From contig NZ_JANNXH010000004.1 of assembly GCF_031409475.1 (NCBI RefSeq), forward strand, positions 7,314-71,313: DNA of 64,000 bases, in the 5' to 3' direction. Both the position numbers and the translations under genes were made by a program. Each line of letters opens with the position of its first letter. Position 1 is the stretch's first letter. Shown here piece after piece: positions 37,602 through 48,304 of the stretch. Below the pieces are notes generated by a model. It was not told the DNA's origin. It ran no database searches and saw nothing but the letters and a program-made list of their open reading frames with translations. This DNA is from Flavobacterium sp. (GTDB lineage Bacteria > Bacteroidota > Bacteroidia > Flavobacteriales > Flavobacteriaceae).

Positions 37602-38963
37602 ATGGAAAAGCGTAGATTAAGTTTCTGGGAAATCTGGAATATGAGTTTCGGTTTCTTAGGAATACAAATGGGGTTTGCCCTACAAAATGCTAACGCTAGC
37701 AGAATTCTTCAAATCTTTGGTGCCGATGTTCACGAACTTTCGTGGTTTTGGATGATTGCACCTCTTATGGGATTAATAGTTCAACCCATCATAGGTCATT
37801 ACAGTGACAACACCTGGGGAAGATTTGGAAGAAGGAAACCATTTTTCCTAATCGGTGCCGTTTTAGCATCAATAGGATTAGTTTTGATGCCTCAAGCAAA
37901 TATTTTTACAGCAATTCTACCAGCACTTTGGGTTGGAGCAGGAATGCTTATGATTATGGATGCTTCGTTTAATATTGCCATGGAACCTTTCCGTGCACTT
38001 GTAGGAGATAATTTAAGAAACGATCAACGCACTTCGGGTTTTAGTATTCAAACTGCATTAATAGGTTTTGGAGCTGTTATCGGTTCCGCATTGCCTTATG
38101 TTTTTACGAAATGGTTTGGAATTTCAAATGAAGCGCCACTAGGCGAAGTCCCTTTTAATTTAACATTATCATTTATTTTTGGCGCTGTCATTTTAATTGC
38201 TTCTATAATGGTTACCCTTTTCACAACCAAAGAGTATTCGCCCCAAGAAATGGCACAATTTGACGATGAAAAAGCGCATTCAAAAGCCCTAGAAAATGAA
38301 GCCATTGAAACCGAATCTAAATTATCCGATATTTTTACAGATTTTAAGAAAATGCCAACTACAATGCGTCAATTAAGTTGGGTACAGTTTTTCTCTTGGT
38401 TTGGACTCTTTGGAATGTGGGTTTTCACAACTCCTGCAATTGCACATCATACTTATGGACTTGCTATTGAAGATCATACAAGCAAACAATATCAAGATGC
38501 TGGTGACTGGGTTGGGATATTATTTGGAGTTTACAATTTAGTATCCGCGCTTGTAGCGCTCTTTTTATTACCCAGATTAGCTAAAATATTTGGAAGAAAA
38601 AAAACCCATTCCCTTTCGTTAATTGTTGGTGGCATCGGTTTAATCTCCATTTATTTTATGCCAAATGAAAACTGGATAGTCCTTTCTATGATATGCGTTG
38701 GATTTGCTTGGGCAAGTATTCTAGCCATGCCATACGCCATTCTTGCTGGGGCAATAGCACCAAAGAAAATGGGTGTTTATATGGGTATTTTTAATTTTTT
38801 TATTGTGATTCCACAAATTATCAATGCTTTAATTGGAGGTCCAATTGTAGAATATTTTTATAACGGAAATGCAATTTATGCACTGATAACAAGTGGCGTA
38901 AGTTTTATAATTGCAGCCCTTTTGGTTTATAAAGTCAATGATAATGACGAAGAAAAAAATTAA
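37602..38963 (+). CDS. MFS maltose/sucrose-type (SLC45/GPH-like) transporter
   Basis: MSFGFLGIQMGFALQ, GRFGRRKPF, GVYMGIFNFFIVIPQI; first gene of the maltose catabolic cluster. Confidence 0.88.
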   Translation: MEKRRLSFWEIWNMSFGFLGIQMGFALQNANASRILQIFGADVHELSWFWMIAPLMGLIVQPIIGHYSDNTWGRFGRRKPFFLIGAVLASIGLVLMPQANIFTAILPALWVGAGMLMIMDASFNIAMEPFRALVGDNLRNDQRTSGFSIQTALIGFGAVIGSALPYVFTKWFGISNEAPLGEVPFNLTLSFIFGAVILIASIMVTLFTTKEYSPQEMAQFDDEKAHSKALENEAIETESKLSDIFTDFKKMPTTMRQLSWVQFFSWFGLFGMWVFTTPAIAHHTYGLAIEDHTSKQYQDAGDWVGILFGVYNLVSALVALFLLPRLAKIFGRKKTHSLSLIVGGIGLISIYFMPNENWIVLSMICVGFAWASILAMPYAILAGAIAPKKMGVYMGIFNFFIVIPQIINALIGGPIVEYFYNGNAIYALITSGVSFIIAALLVYKVNDNDEEKN

Positions 38964-38980
38964 AATTTAGAATTATATAA

Positions 38981-39637
38981 ATGAATAAAAAAGCTTTCAT
39001 ATTCGATCTTGACGGAGTTATTGTTGACACCGCAAAATACCACTACTTGGCTTGGCAAAAATTAGCTCAAGAACTCGGAATCGAATTTACACCAGAACAC
39101 AACGAGGAATTAAAAGGCGTAAGCCGAGTGCGATCTCTAGATATTATATTAGAATTAGGCAAAATCGAAGCTTCGCAAGAAGATAAAAACAAATGGCTTT
39201 TTCAAAAAAATGAAGACTATTTATCTTATCTAGTAGACATCGATCAAAGTGAAATTTTACCTGGAGTTTATCCTGTTTTAAAATATTTGAAAGAAAACGG
39301 TCAAGCCATTGCTTTAGGATCCGCCAGTAAAAATGCTAGGCCAATATTAGAGAAAACTGGAATCATCAGTTATTTTGATGCAATTGTTGATGGTAATGAT
39401 GTTTCAAATGCAAAGCCAGATCCAGAAGTTTTCTTGAATGCCGCTAAATTATTAGGCGTGAACCCAGAAAATTCAATAGTTTTTGAAGATTCTGTTGCGG
39501 GAATTCAAGCTGCAAATACTGCAAATATGATAAGTGTAGGAATTGGCGAGGAAGAAATTCTTTGTGAATCACAATTTATTTTCAAAGACTTTACCTTTAT
39601 AGACGAGCATTTTATTGATGCTTTAATTAAAAATTAA
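38981..39637 (+). CDS. pgmB: Beta-phosphoglucomutase
   Basis: FDLDGVIVDTAKYHY, SASKNA, KPDPEVF, VFEDS. Confidence 0.93.
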   Translation: MNKKAFIFDLDGVIVDTAKYHYLAWQKLAQELGIEFTPEHNEELKGVSRVRSLDIILELGKIEASQEDKNKWLFQKNEDYLSYLVDIDQSEILPGVYPVLKYLKENGQAIALGSASKNARPILEKTGIISYFDAIVDGNDVSNAKPDPEVFLNAAKLLGVNPENSIVFEDSVAGIQAANTANMISVGIGEEEILCESQFIFKDFTFIDEHFIDALIKN

Positions 39638-39706
39638 AAACCCTTATTAGTTTTAAGGTTAGACTTTCTAAACTTAAAATTTTTAAGTTTTTAAACTAGA
39701 ATAAAA

Positions 39707-42013
39707 ATGAATCAAAATTATATAAAACCAGACAATTGGTCCATCATTGAAGAAGGATTTGATAAAGAAAGCGTAAAATCATCAGAAAGCCTTTTCAGTA
39801 TTGGCAATGGTGCTATGGGACAAAGAGCAAACTTTGAGGAGACCTATTCTGGAGAAACCTTTCAAGGCAGTTATATTGCAGGTATTTATTATCCGGATAA
39901 AACCAAAGTGGGTTGGTGGAAAAACGGTTATCCTGAATATTTTGCCAAAGTACTCAATGCCCCAAACTGGATAGGAATTGATATTATAATAAATGGTGAA
40001 AACCTGGATTTAAATCAATGCACCGAAATAAAAAATTACCGTCGGGAGTTGAATATGAAAGAAGGTTGGTACAACAGATCGTTCGAAGCTTCGATGAAAA
40101 ACGGAACTCAAGTTGCCGTAAATGTGCGCCGTTTTCTATCATTAGATTTAGATGAAGTTGGGCTTATAAATTACGAAATTACACCTTTAAACAAAGATGC
40201 AAAAATTGTTTACAAACCCTATATTGATGCTGGTGTAACCAATGAAGATGCAAACTGGGACGAAAAATTTTGGGAACCATTAGAAGTAAAAAGAACTGGT
40301 AATGAAGCATTTGTAACGGCTCAAACTTATAAAACGCATTTTAAAGTTACCACATTTATGCATAACAGTGTTTTTTCTAATGGTAAAAACCTCAACTTAT
40401 CACCAATAAATTCAGAAACAACTACCGAAAAAATAACCGTAAGTTATGATGTAATCGTTGCAAAAGGGGAAAAATCATCCATTCAAAAAATAGGTGGTTA
40501 TACTGTTTCATTAAACCATGAAAACACACTATTAGGTGCAGAAAATGCAATAAAACAAGCTTTAACAATAGGCTTCGGCCAATTGCTGGAAAACCAAATC
40601 GAAGCTTGGGCAAAAATTTGGGAAATGTCAGACATCACTATTGACGGTGATGTTAAAGCACAACAAGGCATTCGTTTTAATATTTTTCAATTAAATCAAA
40701 CCTATCTTGGCAAAGATTCTAGATTAAATATTGGCCCAAAAGGATTCACCGGCGAAAAATATGGTGGCTCCACGTATTGGGACACCGAAGCGTATTGCAT
40801 TCCGTTTTACATGGCTACAAAAGACCAGCAAGTAGCGAGAAACCTCTTGACCTATCGTTACAATCAATTGGACAAAGCCATTGAAAACGCACAAAAAAAT
40901 CTTTGCTTTACAAATGGAGCCGCTTTGTATCCAATGGTGACCATGAACGGCGAAGAATGCCATAACGAATGGGAAATCACGCACGAAGAAATCCATAGAA
41001 ATGGCGCAATCGCTTTTGCTATTTTCAACTACAATCGTTTTACCGGTGATTACAGCTATATTCCTGAAAAAGGCTTGGAAGTTTTGATAGGGATTGCGCG
41101 TTTTTGGCATCAAAGAGCTAACTTTTCGAAAGACAAAAACCAATTTGTGATTCTAGGAGTTACCGGACCAAATGAATACGAGAACAATATAAATAATAAT
41201 TTTTATACCAATTTTATAGCGAAATGGTGTATCGATTATACCTATGAACAAATTCAAAAAGTTGCTCTCGAATATCCTTTAGATCATAAACGAATCGTAG
41301 AAAAAGTTAATTTATCCGTTGTTGAACTAAAAGAATGGAAAAAAGTTTCGGGCAATATGTATTTTCCAAAATCTGATGAACTTGGAATCTATTTACAACA
41401 AGACGGCTTCTTAGACAAAGATTTAGTATTGGTAAAAGATCTTGATAAAAGCCAAAGACCCATAAATCAAAAATGGTCTTGGGACAGAGTTTTACGTTCC
41501 CCATACATCAAACAAGCCGATGTATTACAATGCTTTTATTTCTTTGAAGAGCATTTCACAAAAGAAGAATTACAACGCAATTTCGAATTTTACGAAGCAT
41601 TCACCGTTCATGAAAGTTCGCTTTCACCATGCGTCCATTCAATTCAAGCAGCAAAGTTGGACAAGATGGACATGGCTTATACCTTTTATTTAAGAACATC
41701 TCGATTGGATCTTGACGACTACAATAAAGAGGTAGAAGAAGGTTGTCATATCACCTCTATGGCTGGAACTTGGATGAGTATTGTAGAAGGTTTTGGTGGA
41801 ATGAGAGTAAAAAATGATGCGCTCCATTTCTCCCCTAAAATTCCAAAAGAATGGAAAGGCTATTCGTTTAAAATTAATTTTAGAAATCAAATAGTAACAA
41901 TTTCTGTAACTCATAACGACATCCAGTTTTCATTAGAAGGAAATAAAGGAATAACCGTTTATGTTAATCAAAAAGCGGTTTTGGTAGAACCAAATAGTCT
42001 TGTTGTAGTCTAG
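39707..42013 (+). CDS. GH65 maltose phosphorylase
   Basis: ESLFSIGNG, GPKGFTGEKYGG, GPNEYE, KQADV, HESSLS; adjacent to pgmB. Confidence 0.9.
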   Translation: MNQNYIKPDNWSIIEEGFDKESVKSSESLFSIGNGAMGQRANFEETYSGETFQGSYIAGIYYPDKTKVGWWKNGYPEYFAKVLNAPNWIGIDIIINGENLDLNQCTEIKNYRRELNMKEGWYNRSFEASMKNGTQVAVNVRRFLSLDLDEVGLINYEITPLNKDAKIVYKPYIDAGVTNEDANWDEKFWEPLEVKRTGNEAFVTAQTYKTHFKVTTFMHNSVFSNGKNLNLSPINSETTTEKITVSYDVIVAKGEKSSIQKIGGYTVSLNHENTLLGAENAIKQALTIGFGQLLENQIEAWAKIWEMSDITIDGDVKAQQGIRFNIFQLNQTYLGKDSRLNIGPKGFTGEKYGGSTYWDTEAYCIPFYMATKDQQVARNLLTYRYNQLDKAIENAQKNLCFTNGAALYPMVTMNGEECHNEWEITHEEIHRNGAIAFAIFNYNRFTGDYSYIPEKGLEVLIGIARFWHQRANFSKDKNQFVILGVTGPNEYENNINNNFYTNFIAKWCIDYTYEQIQKVALEYPLDHKRIVEKVNLSVVELKEWKKVSGNMYFPKSDELGIYLQQDGFLDKDLVLVKDLDKSQRPINQKWSWDRVLRSPYIKQADVLQCFYFFEEHFTKEELQRNFEFYEAFTVHESSLSPCVHSIQAAKLDKMDMAYTFYLRTSRLDLDDYNKEVEEGCHITSMAGTWMSIVEGFGGMRVKNDALHFSPKIPKEWKGYSFKINFRNQIVTISVTHNDIQFSLEGNKGITVYVNQKAVLVEPNSLVVV

Positions 42014-42024
42014 CTAAAAAATTA

Positions 42025-42089
42025 AAACCATATAAGGCATTAAGGACAAATAAGAAAACTTAAATGAACTTACATGCCTTATATGGTTT
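42025..42089. repeat. AT-rich intergenic inverted-repeat element (16-bp perfect arms)
   Basis: AAACCATATAAGGCAT ... ATGCCTTATATGGTTT; its right half recurs at 43974-44011. Confidence 0.8.
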
Positions 42090-42125
42090 AATAATAAAGT
42101 TGAATTAAAATTAATTATTTATCAA

Positions 42126-43961
42126 ATGAAAAAGATAATTTTACTCATCCTTTTTACAACTTATAATATGTTTGCACAAATCGAAAAAGTAGAACCTCCA
42201 TTTTGGTATGCAGGAATGCAAAACCCCGAATTGCAAATCATGTTTTACGGCAAAAATATTGCACAATTACAAGTTACAGTTTCTAATAATATTAAAATTA
42301 CTGATGTAAAAAAACCTGAAAATACCAATTACCTTTTTGTTACTATTAACACCAAAAATATTCCAGTCACCAATTTTGTTTTCACTTTCAAAGACAAAAA
42401 CAAAACAACATTTACGCAAAATTATTCCTTAAAACTACGAAATAAAAATTCAGCACAACGCAAAAGTTATGACGCATCGGATATGATGTATTTAATAATG
42501 CCCGATCGATTTTCGAATGGAAAATCAAACAACGACTCTGATAATTCAACAACCGAGAAATACAATCGTGAATTGCCAGGCGGAAGACATGGTGGAGATA
42601 TACAAGGAATCATAAACCATTTAGATTACATTCAAGAATTAGGCGTAACAACCATTTGGAGCACACCATTGTGTGAGGACAATGACGCCAAATATTCCTA
42701 TCACACTTACGCTCAATCTGACGTTTATAAAATTGACCCACGTTATGGAACCAATGTGGATTATGTGCATTTAGCCTCGGAATTACATAAACGAAAAATG
42801 AAATTAGTTTTGGATTATGTCACGAATCATTGGGGTTTAGAACATTGGATGATCAGAGATTTACCAACTCACGATTGGATTAATCAATTCGAAAATTATA
42901 CGCAAACCAATCATAAAAGGACGCTCGTTCACGACAATTACGCTTCAAAAATTGATACAAAAGCCTGTTTCGATGGGTGGTTTGTTCCCTCGATGCCCGA
43001 TTTGAATCAACGAAATCCTTTGGTACTAAAATACCTTATACAAAACGCCATTTGGTGGATTGAATACGCAAATTTAGATGGGTTAAGAGTGGACACGTAC
43101 AATTATGCAGAGCCAAGCGCTATTGCAAAATGGACCAAAGCCATCACTGATGAATATCCTAATTTCAACATCGTAGGTGAAATCTCCATGCGTGATCAAT
43201 CCCAACTTTCGTATTGGCAAAAGGACAGTCCAATAGGTAAAATCCAAAACTTTAATTCGCATTTACCAAGCGTTATGGATTTTATTTTATCCGATGCGCT
43301 TCTGACAATTTTTAACGAAGACGAAGGCAATTGGGAACGAGGAATGATGAAAATCTACGATAATTTTGCCAATGATTTTCTCTATCCAAATGCAAACAAC
43401 TTGCTGACTTTTGCCGAAAATCATGATACTCACAGAATAAATCATGTTTATAATAACGACATTCGAAAGTATAAAATGGCAATGGCAATTCTGGCAACAG
43501 TTCGTGGAACACCACAGTTGTATTATGGATCCGAAATAGGAATGGCAGGAAACAAAGATAAAGGTGATGCTGATATTCGTCAAGATTTTCCTGGCGGTTG
43601 GGAAGGAGATACTAATAATGCGTTTACCAAAGAAGGAAGAACACAAATACAAAACGAATATTTTGATTTTACATCTAAATTATTCAATTGGAGAAAAAAA
43701 ACTACTGCTGTCCATTACGGGAAAATGACACATTACATTCCTGAAAATAATATTTATGTCTATTTTAGATACGATGCTTCCCAAATCGTGATGGTTTTAA
43801 TAAACAACAGCAACGAAACTAGAACAATACCAACCAATAGATTTCAAGAAAATATTGGCGACTATAAAACTGGAAAAGAAGTTGTTACAGACCAAAAATT
43901 TGACATCTCTAAAGAAATTTCTCTGGAGCCAAAATCGGTTTTGATATTGGAATTACACTAA
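42126..43961 (+). CDS. GH13 neopullulanase/cyclomaltodextrinase (SusA-like)
   Basis: VEPPFWY N-domain, PDRFSNG, DGLRVDT, VGE, ENHD. Confidence 0.88.
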   Translation: MKKIILLILFTTYNMFAQIEKVEPPFWYAGMQNPELQIMFYGKNIAQLQVTVSNNIKITDVKKPENTNYLFVTINTKNIPVTNFVFTFKDKNKTTFTQNYSLKLRNKNSAQRKSYDASDMMYLIMPDRFSNGKSNNDSDNSTTEKYNRELPGGRHGGDIQGIINHLDYIQELGVTTIWSTPLCEDNDAKYSYHTYAQSDVYKIDPRYGTNVDYVHLASELHKRKMKLVLDYVTNHWGLEHWMIRDLPTHDWINQFENYTQTNHKRTLVHDNYASKIDTKACFDGWFVPSMPDLNQRNPLVLKYLIQNAIWWIEYANLDGLRVDTYNYAEPSAIAKWTKAITDEYPNFNIVGEISMRDQSQLSYWQKDSPIGKIQNFNSHLPSVMDFILSDALLTIFNEDEGNWERGMMKIYDNFANDFLYPNANNLLTFAENHDTHRINHVYNNDIRKYKMAMAILATVRGTPQLYYGSEIGMAGNKDKGDADIRQDFPGGWEGDTNNAFTKEGRTQIQNEYFDFTSKLFNWRKKTTAVHYGKMTHYIPENNIYVYFRYDASQIVMVLINNSNETRTIPTNRFQENIGDYKTGKEVVTDQKFDISKEISLEPKSVLILELH

Positions 43962-43973
43962 GTTAAACCTTAA

Positions 43974-44011
43974 AAGAAAAACTTAAATGAACTTATATGC
44001 CTTATATGGTT
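43974..44011 (+). repeat. Right-half copy of the 42025-42089 element
   Basis: AAGAAAAACTTAAATGAACTTATATGCCTTATATGGTT vs 42052-42088. Confidence 0.75.
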
Positions 44012-44025
44012 CAAAAAAAACAACC

Positions 44026-46392
44026 ATGAAAAAAATACTTGTTATATTATTGATAACTTCACTTTCCTATGCGCAAAATGCAAATAGAAAATACCTTTCG
44101 CATGCTTGGAAAAATAACATTTTAACAGTAAAAACATCCGATGGAAATTATTTGATACAACCTTTTTCTAATAAAATTATTGAAACTTCATTTATTCCAA
44201 AAGGTGAAATTTATAATCTAAATTCACATGCCATTATAAAAATTCCTGAAAAAATTAATGTAAAATTTTCTAAATCCAAAACATCATTAGATTTAAGTAC
44301 AACCAGAATAAAAGTAAAAATAAATTTCGCGCCTTTCAAGATTGTCTATTTGGATAAAAATGGAAAAGAATTTCTTTCAGAAAAAAACAGGTATACAAAG
44401 AAAGATTCTACCGAAGTATTGGATTTCAATATTTCATCAGACGAAGTTTTATATGGCGGTGGCGCAAGAGCTTTGGGGATGAACCGTCGTGGCAATCGTT
44501 TGCAATTATACAATCGTGCGAGTTATGGTTATGAAACCCACGCCGAGTTGATGAACTTTTGTATTCCAATGGTTTTATCTTCGAAAATCTATGCGGTTCA
44601 TTTTGATAATTCCGCAATTGGCTACTTGGATTTAGACAGCAAAAAAGACAATACTCTGGCATACGAGACCATTTCAGGTCGCAAAACGTATCAAGTAATT
44701 GTGGGTGACTCTTGGAACGATTTGATTTCGAATTACACCGATTTAACAGGAAAACAACCTTTGCCTGCTCGATGGACTTTGGGGAATTTCTCCAGCCGTT
44801 TTGGCTACCATTCACAAGAAGAAGTCGAAAAAACCATCAAGAAATTCGAAGCCGATAAAATTCCTGTTGATGCAATAATACTGGATTTGTATTGGTTTGG
44901 CAAAGAAATGAAAGGTACGATGGGCAATTTGGATTGGAACAAAGATACCTTCCCAAATCCAGATAAAATGATTACTGATTTGAGTGCAAAAGGTATAAAA
45001 ACGGTTCTCATCACCGAACCTTTTGTTCTAACAACTTCTTCAAAATGGAAAGAAGCTATGGATAAAAAAATCTTAGCGACAGATAAATCGGGAAACCCTT
45101 TTACGTATGATTTTTATTTTGGAAACACCGGAATCGTGGATATTTTCAAATCCGAAGGAAAGACTTGGTTTTGGAATATTTATAAAAATTTAATAAATCA
45201 AGGCGTTGGCGGACTTTGGGGTGATTTGGGCGAACCCGAAGTTTTTCCTTCACAAGCACTAACTGCTGGAGGCAAAGCTGATGAAGTGCATAATATTTAC
45301 GGACACAACTGGGCAAAATTAATCGCTGAAGGTTACAAAAATGATTTCCCTAATCAACGTCCGTTTATCTTGATGCGCGCTGGATATTCCGGTTCACAGC
45401 GTTTTGGGATGATTCCTTGGTCTGGCGATGTGAGTCGTTCTTGGGGTGGATTACAATCGCAAATGGAGATTTCGCTCCAAATGGGAATGCAAGGAATGGG
45501 GTATATGCACTCCGATTTGGGCGGTTTTGCTGGCGATTATTTCGATAACGAATTGTATTTGCGTTGGCTGCAATACGGCGTTTTTAACCCAATATTTCGT
45601 CCTCATGCACACGAAGATGTTGCTGCCGAACCCGTTTATAAAGATATTGTAACCAAAACCAAAGCCAAAAAATTAGTCGAATTGCGTTACCAAATGTTAC
45701 CCTATAATTACACATTGGCATTCGAAAACAACCAATACGGAACACCATTAATGCGTCCGTTATTTTTTGAAGAACCCTATAATAACAAATTACAAACCGT
45801 TTGCGAAACCTATCTTTGGGGTAATGATTTTTTGGTTACTCCAATCACAAAAGCTGGAGTGACTTCAACTTCTATCTATTTTCCAAAAAATAATAATTGG
45901 TTTGATTTTTATTCAAATGCTAAATATTTGGCAGGAACAAGTTCTAATATTGAAGTAACAGCAGATCATATTCCTGTTTTTGTTCGTGGTGGCGCTTTTA
46001 TTCCAATGATAAAAACCATACAAAACACTTCGAAATATTCATTAGAAAACTTTGATTTACATTATTATTTTGATCAAAATATAGAAAAATCAACAGGAAA
46101 AATCTACAACGACGATGGCTTAACGCCCAATAATTTTGAAAATGGCAGTTATGAAATTTTACATTTCAAAAGCATCAATAAAGACCAATTTTTAACCCTA
46201 AAATTAACAACTGAAATGGGTAAAAATTATCAAATTTCGAACAAAAATGTAACGCTATTAATTCATAATATTAAAGCAAAAAGAATTTTCGTTGACGGAA
46301 ATGAAATACTTTATAAAACTTTTAATGAACCTATAGAAATCTCTGTCAAATGGGAAAAAGGAACAGAAGTTGAAATTAAAATTCAATTATAA
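44026..46392 (+). CDS. GH31 alpha-glucosidase
   Basis: LDLYWF, WGDLGEPE, WSGDV, SDLGGF, RPH; ATG 44026 with signal peptide (the track's 43987 start lies in the repeat). Confidence 0.88.
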   Translation: MKKILVILLITSLSYAQNANRKYLSHAWKNNILTVKTSDGNYLIQPFSNKIIETSFIPKGEIYNLNSHAIIKIPEKINVKFSKSKTSLDLSTTRIKVKINFAPFKIVYLDKNGKEFLSEKNRYTKKDSTEVLDFNISSDEVLYGGGARALGMNRRGNRLQLYNRASYGYETHAELMNFCIPMVLSSKIYAVHFDNSAIGYLDLDSKKDNTLAYETISGRKTYQVIVGDSWNDLISNYTDLTGKQPLPARWTLGNFSSRFGYHSQEEVEKTIKKFEADKIPVDAIILDLYWFGKEMKGTMGNLDWNKDTFPNPDKMITDLSAKGIKTVLITEPFVLTTSSKWKEAMDKKILATDKSGNPFTYDFYFGNTGIVDIFKSEGKTWFWNIYKNLINQGVGGLWGDLGEPEVFPSQALTAGGKADEVHNIYGHNWAKLIAEGYKNDFPNQRPFILMRAGYSGSQRFGMIPWSGDVSRSWGGLQSQMEISLQMGMQGMGYMHSDLGGFAGDYFDNELYLRWLQYGVFNPIFRPHAHEDVAAEPVYKDIVTKTKAKKLVELRYQMLPYNYTLAFENNQYGTPLMRPLFFEEPYNNKLQTVCETYLWGNDFLVTPITKAGVTSTSIYFPKNNNWFDFYSNAKYLAGTSSNIEVTADHIPVFVRGGAFIPMIKTIQNTSKYSLENFDLHYYFDQNIEKSTGKIYNDDGLTPNNFENGSYEILHFKSINKDQFLTLKLTTEMGKNYQISNKNVTLLIHNIKAKRIFVDGNEILYKTFNEPIEISVKWEKGTEVEIKIQL

Positions 46393-46402
46393 TTAAACCC
46401 AA

Positions 46403-46453
46403 AACCATTAGATAATTAAGAACAACTAACTGAATCTTAATTTCGTATTGGTT
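46403..46453. repeat. Degenerate AT-rich intergenic inverted repeat
   Basis: AACCATTAGATAATTAAGA ... TCTTAATTTCGTATTGGTT, 15/19 complementary. Confidence 0.55.
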
Positions 46454-46461
46454 CAAAAAAA

Positions 46462-48114
46462 ATGAAAATGAAAAAATTAATATTATTATTTGTATTTGCT
46501 CTAGTTCTTACCAGTTGTTCCTCAACAAAAACAACTCAAACAGCATCAAAAACTCCCTTCGTCTGGGAAGGCGCAAATTTATATTTTTTATTGACCGACC
46601 GTTTTAAAAATGGAAATTCATCGAAAGAAATTTATTTAAATCGAATCAAAACTGCAGGAAAGCTTCGTGGATTCGAAGGGGGAAATATCAAAGGAATTAT
46701 CCAAAAAATCGATGACGGTTATTTCGAAAATCTAGGTATAAATGCCATTTGGCTGACGCCCATTGTTGAACAAATTCACGATGGTGTTGATGAAGGAACG
46801 GGTTTGTCTTATGGTTTTCATGGATATTGGACTAGAGATTGGACCGCATTGGATCCTAATTTTGGAACCAAAGAAGATTTAGCCAATTTAGTTACCAAAG
46901 CCCATGCAAAAGGAATCAGAATTATGCTCGATGGTGTTATAAATCATACTGGTCCAGTAACTGAAATTGATTCTGTATGGCCAAATGACTGGGTTAGAAC
47001 GAGTCCACAATGTGATTATAAAAGTTATGAAAACACTACAGCTTGTACACTGGTTAAAAATCTTCCTGATATAAAAACAGATAGCAATCAAGCTGTAGAT
47101 CTTCCCCCTTTTTTAATCGAAAAATGGAAATCAGAAGGTCGTTATGATAAAGAGGTTGCCTCATTAAACGCTTTTTTCAAAAGAACAGGTTATCCAAGAG
47201 CACCCAAATATTACATTATAAAATGGCTCACCGATTACATAACTGAGTTTGGAGTTGATGGCTATAGAGTTGACACTGTGAAGCATGCCGAAGAGGATGT
47301 TTGGGCTGCTTTTAAAATACAGAGTGAATATGCTTTTGAAATTTGGAAAAACAACAACCCTGAAAAAGTATTGGACAACAACCCGTTTTATACCATTGCC
47401 GAAGTCTATAATTATGGAATTAGTACCGGTCAAAATTTTAATTTTCCTGATAAAAAAGTAAATTATTACCAGAATGGATTCAATAATATGATTAATTTTG
47501 AGTTCAAATGGGATGCAAAAAACGACTATGAAAGTATTTTTTCTAAATATTCCGAAAAGCTAAATACAGATCTAAAAGGATTCAGCGTTTTGAACTATTT
47601 ATCGTCTCACGATGACGGAAGTCCGTTTGATGCTAAACGAACTAAAAGTATCGAAAGCGGCACAAAACTATTGCTTTCTCCAGGAATTTCACAAGTGTAT
47701 TATGGTGATGAAACGGGTCGTTCACTTGTAATTGATGGGACACAAGGCGATGCCACTTTGCGTTCGAATATGAATTGGGACGAACTAAAATCAAATCCCG
47801 AAATCCAAAAAACACTTTTACACTGGCAAAAATTAGGTCAGTTTAGAAGAAATCATACTTCAATTGGTGCTGGAATTCACAAACAGATTTCGGCAAAACC
47901 TTATGTTTTTAGTAGAGTATTTATTAAAGATAATTATACTGATAGTGTTGTGGTAGGATTGGATTTGTCCATCGGAAAAAAAGAAATTTCAGTAGGGACA
48001 ATTTTCGAAAATGGAACAAAACTGATAGATGCTTATTCCGGAAAAACTGCGGTTGTTATAAATGGCAAGATTAATATTGATACCGAATTTGATATCGTTT
48101 TATTAGAAAAATGA
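46462..48114 (+). CDS. GH13 alpha-amylase lipoprotein
   Basis: Lipobox LTSC, LTDRF, GFHGYW, DGYRVDTVKH, IAE, SSHDD. Confidence 0.88.
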   Translation: MKMKKLILLFVFALVLTSCSSTKTTQTASKTPFVWEGANLYFLLTDRFKNGNSSKEIYLNRIKTAGKLRGFEGGNIKGIIQKIDDGYFENLGINAIWLTPIVEQIHDGVDEGTGLSYGFHGYWTRDWTALDPNFGTKEDLANLVTKAHAKGIRIMLDGVINHTGPVTEIDSVWPNDWVRTSPQCDYKSYENTTACTLVKNLPDIKTDSNQAVDLPPFLIEKWKSEGRYDKEVASLNAFFKRTGYPRAPKYYIIKWLTDYITEFGVDGYRVDTVKHAEEDVWAAFKIQSEYAFEIWKNNNPEKVLDNNPFYTIAEVYNYGISTGQNFNFPDKKVNYYQNGFNNMINFEFKWDAKNDYESIFSKYSEKLNTDLKGFSVLNYLSSHDDGSPFDAKRTKSIESGTKLLLSPGISQVYYGDETGRSLVIDGTQGDATLRSNMNWDELKSNPEIQKTLLHWQKLGQFRRNHTSIGAGIHKQISAKPYVFSRVFIKDNYTDSVVVGLDLSIGKKEISVGTIFENGTKLIDAYSGKTAVVINGKINIDTEFDIVLLEK

Positions 48115-48148
48115 TATGGTTTTAATCCGTTAGTCTAATTATTTATCA

Positions 48149-48240
48149 CGTCTGTTCAAGTGTTTTATGTTCCGAAAAATCGGGAGTAAAACGGAACAAA
48201 AAATGCCTGTCTGCCACAGGCAGGTATCGAGAACCGTTTT
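48149..48240. repeat. Composite REP-like cluster
   Basis: CGTC..TTCAAGTG, TTCCGAAAAATCGGGA, TGTTCCG..CGGAACA, CCTGTCTGCCACAGGCAGG, GTATCGAGAACCGTTTT (inverted copy at 52530-52546). Confidence 0.65.
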
Positions 48241-48304
48241 TTAAATAAAATTTTTCTTGATTATCTTTGTTGTAAATTTGGAGCGAAAACCCAGAATATA
48301 AAAT

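Noticed and set aside
27531-48114. Starch/maltose locus as a novel system
   Set aside because: The gene content (SusC/D/E, GH13, GH31, GH65 + PgmB, LacI) is the standard Flavobacteriaceae alpha-glucan locus; only its regulatory and intergenic elements are reported as findings.
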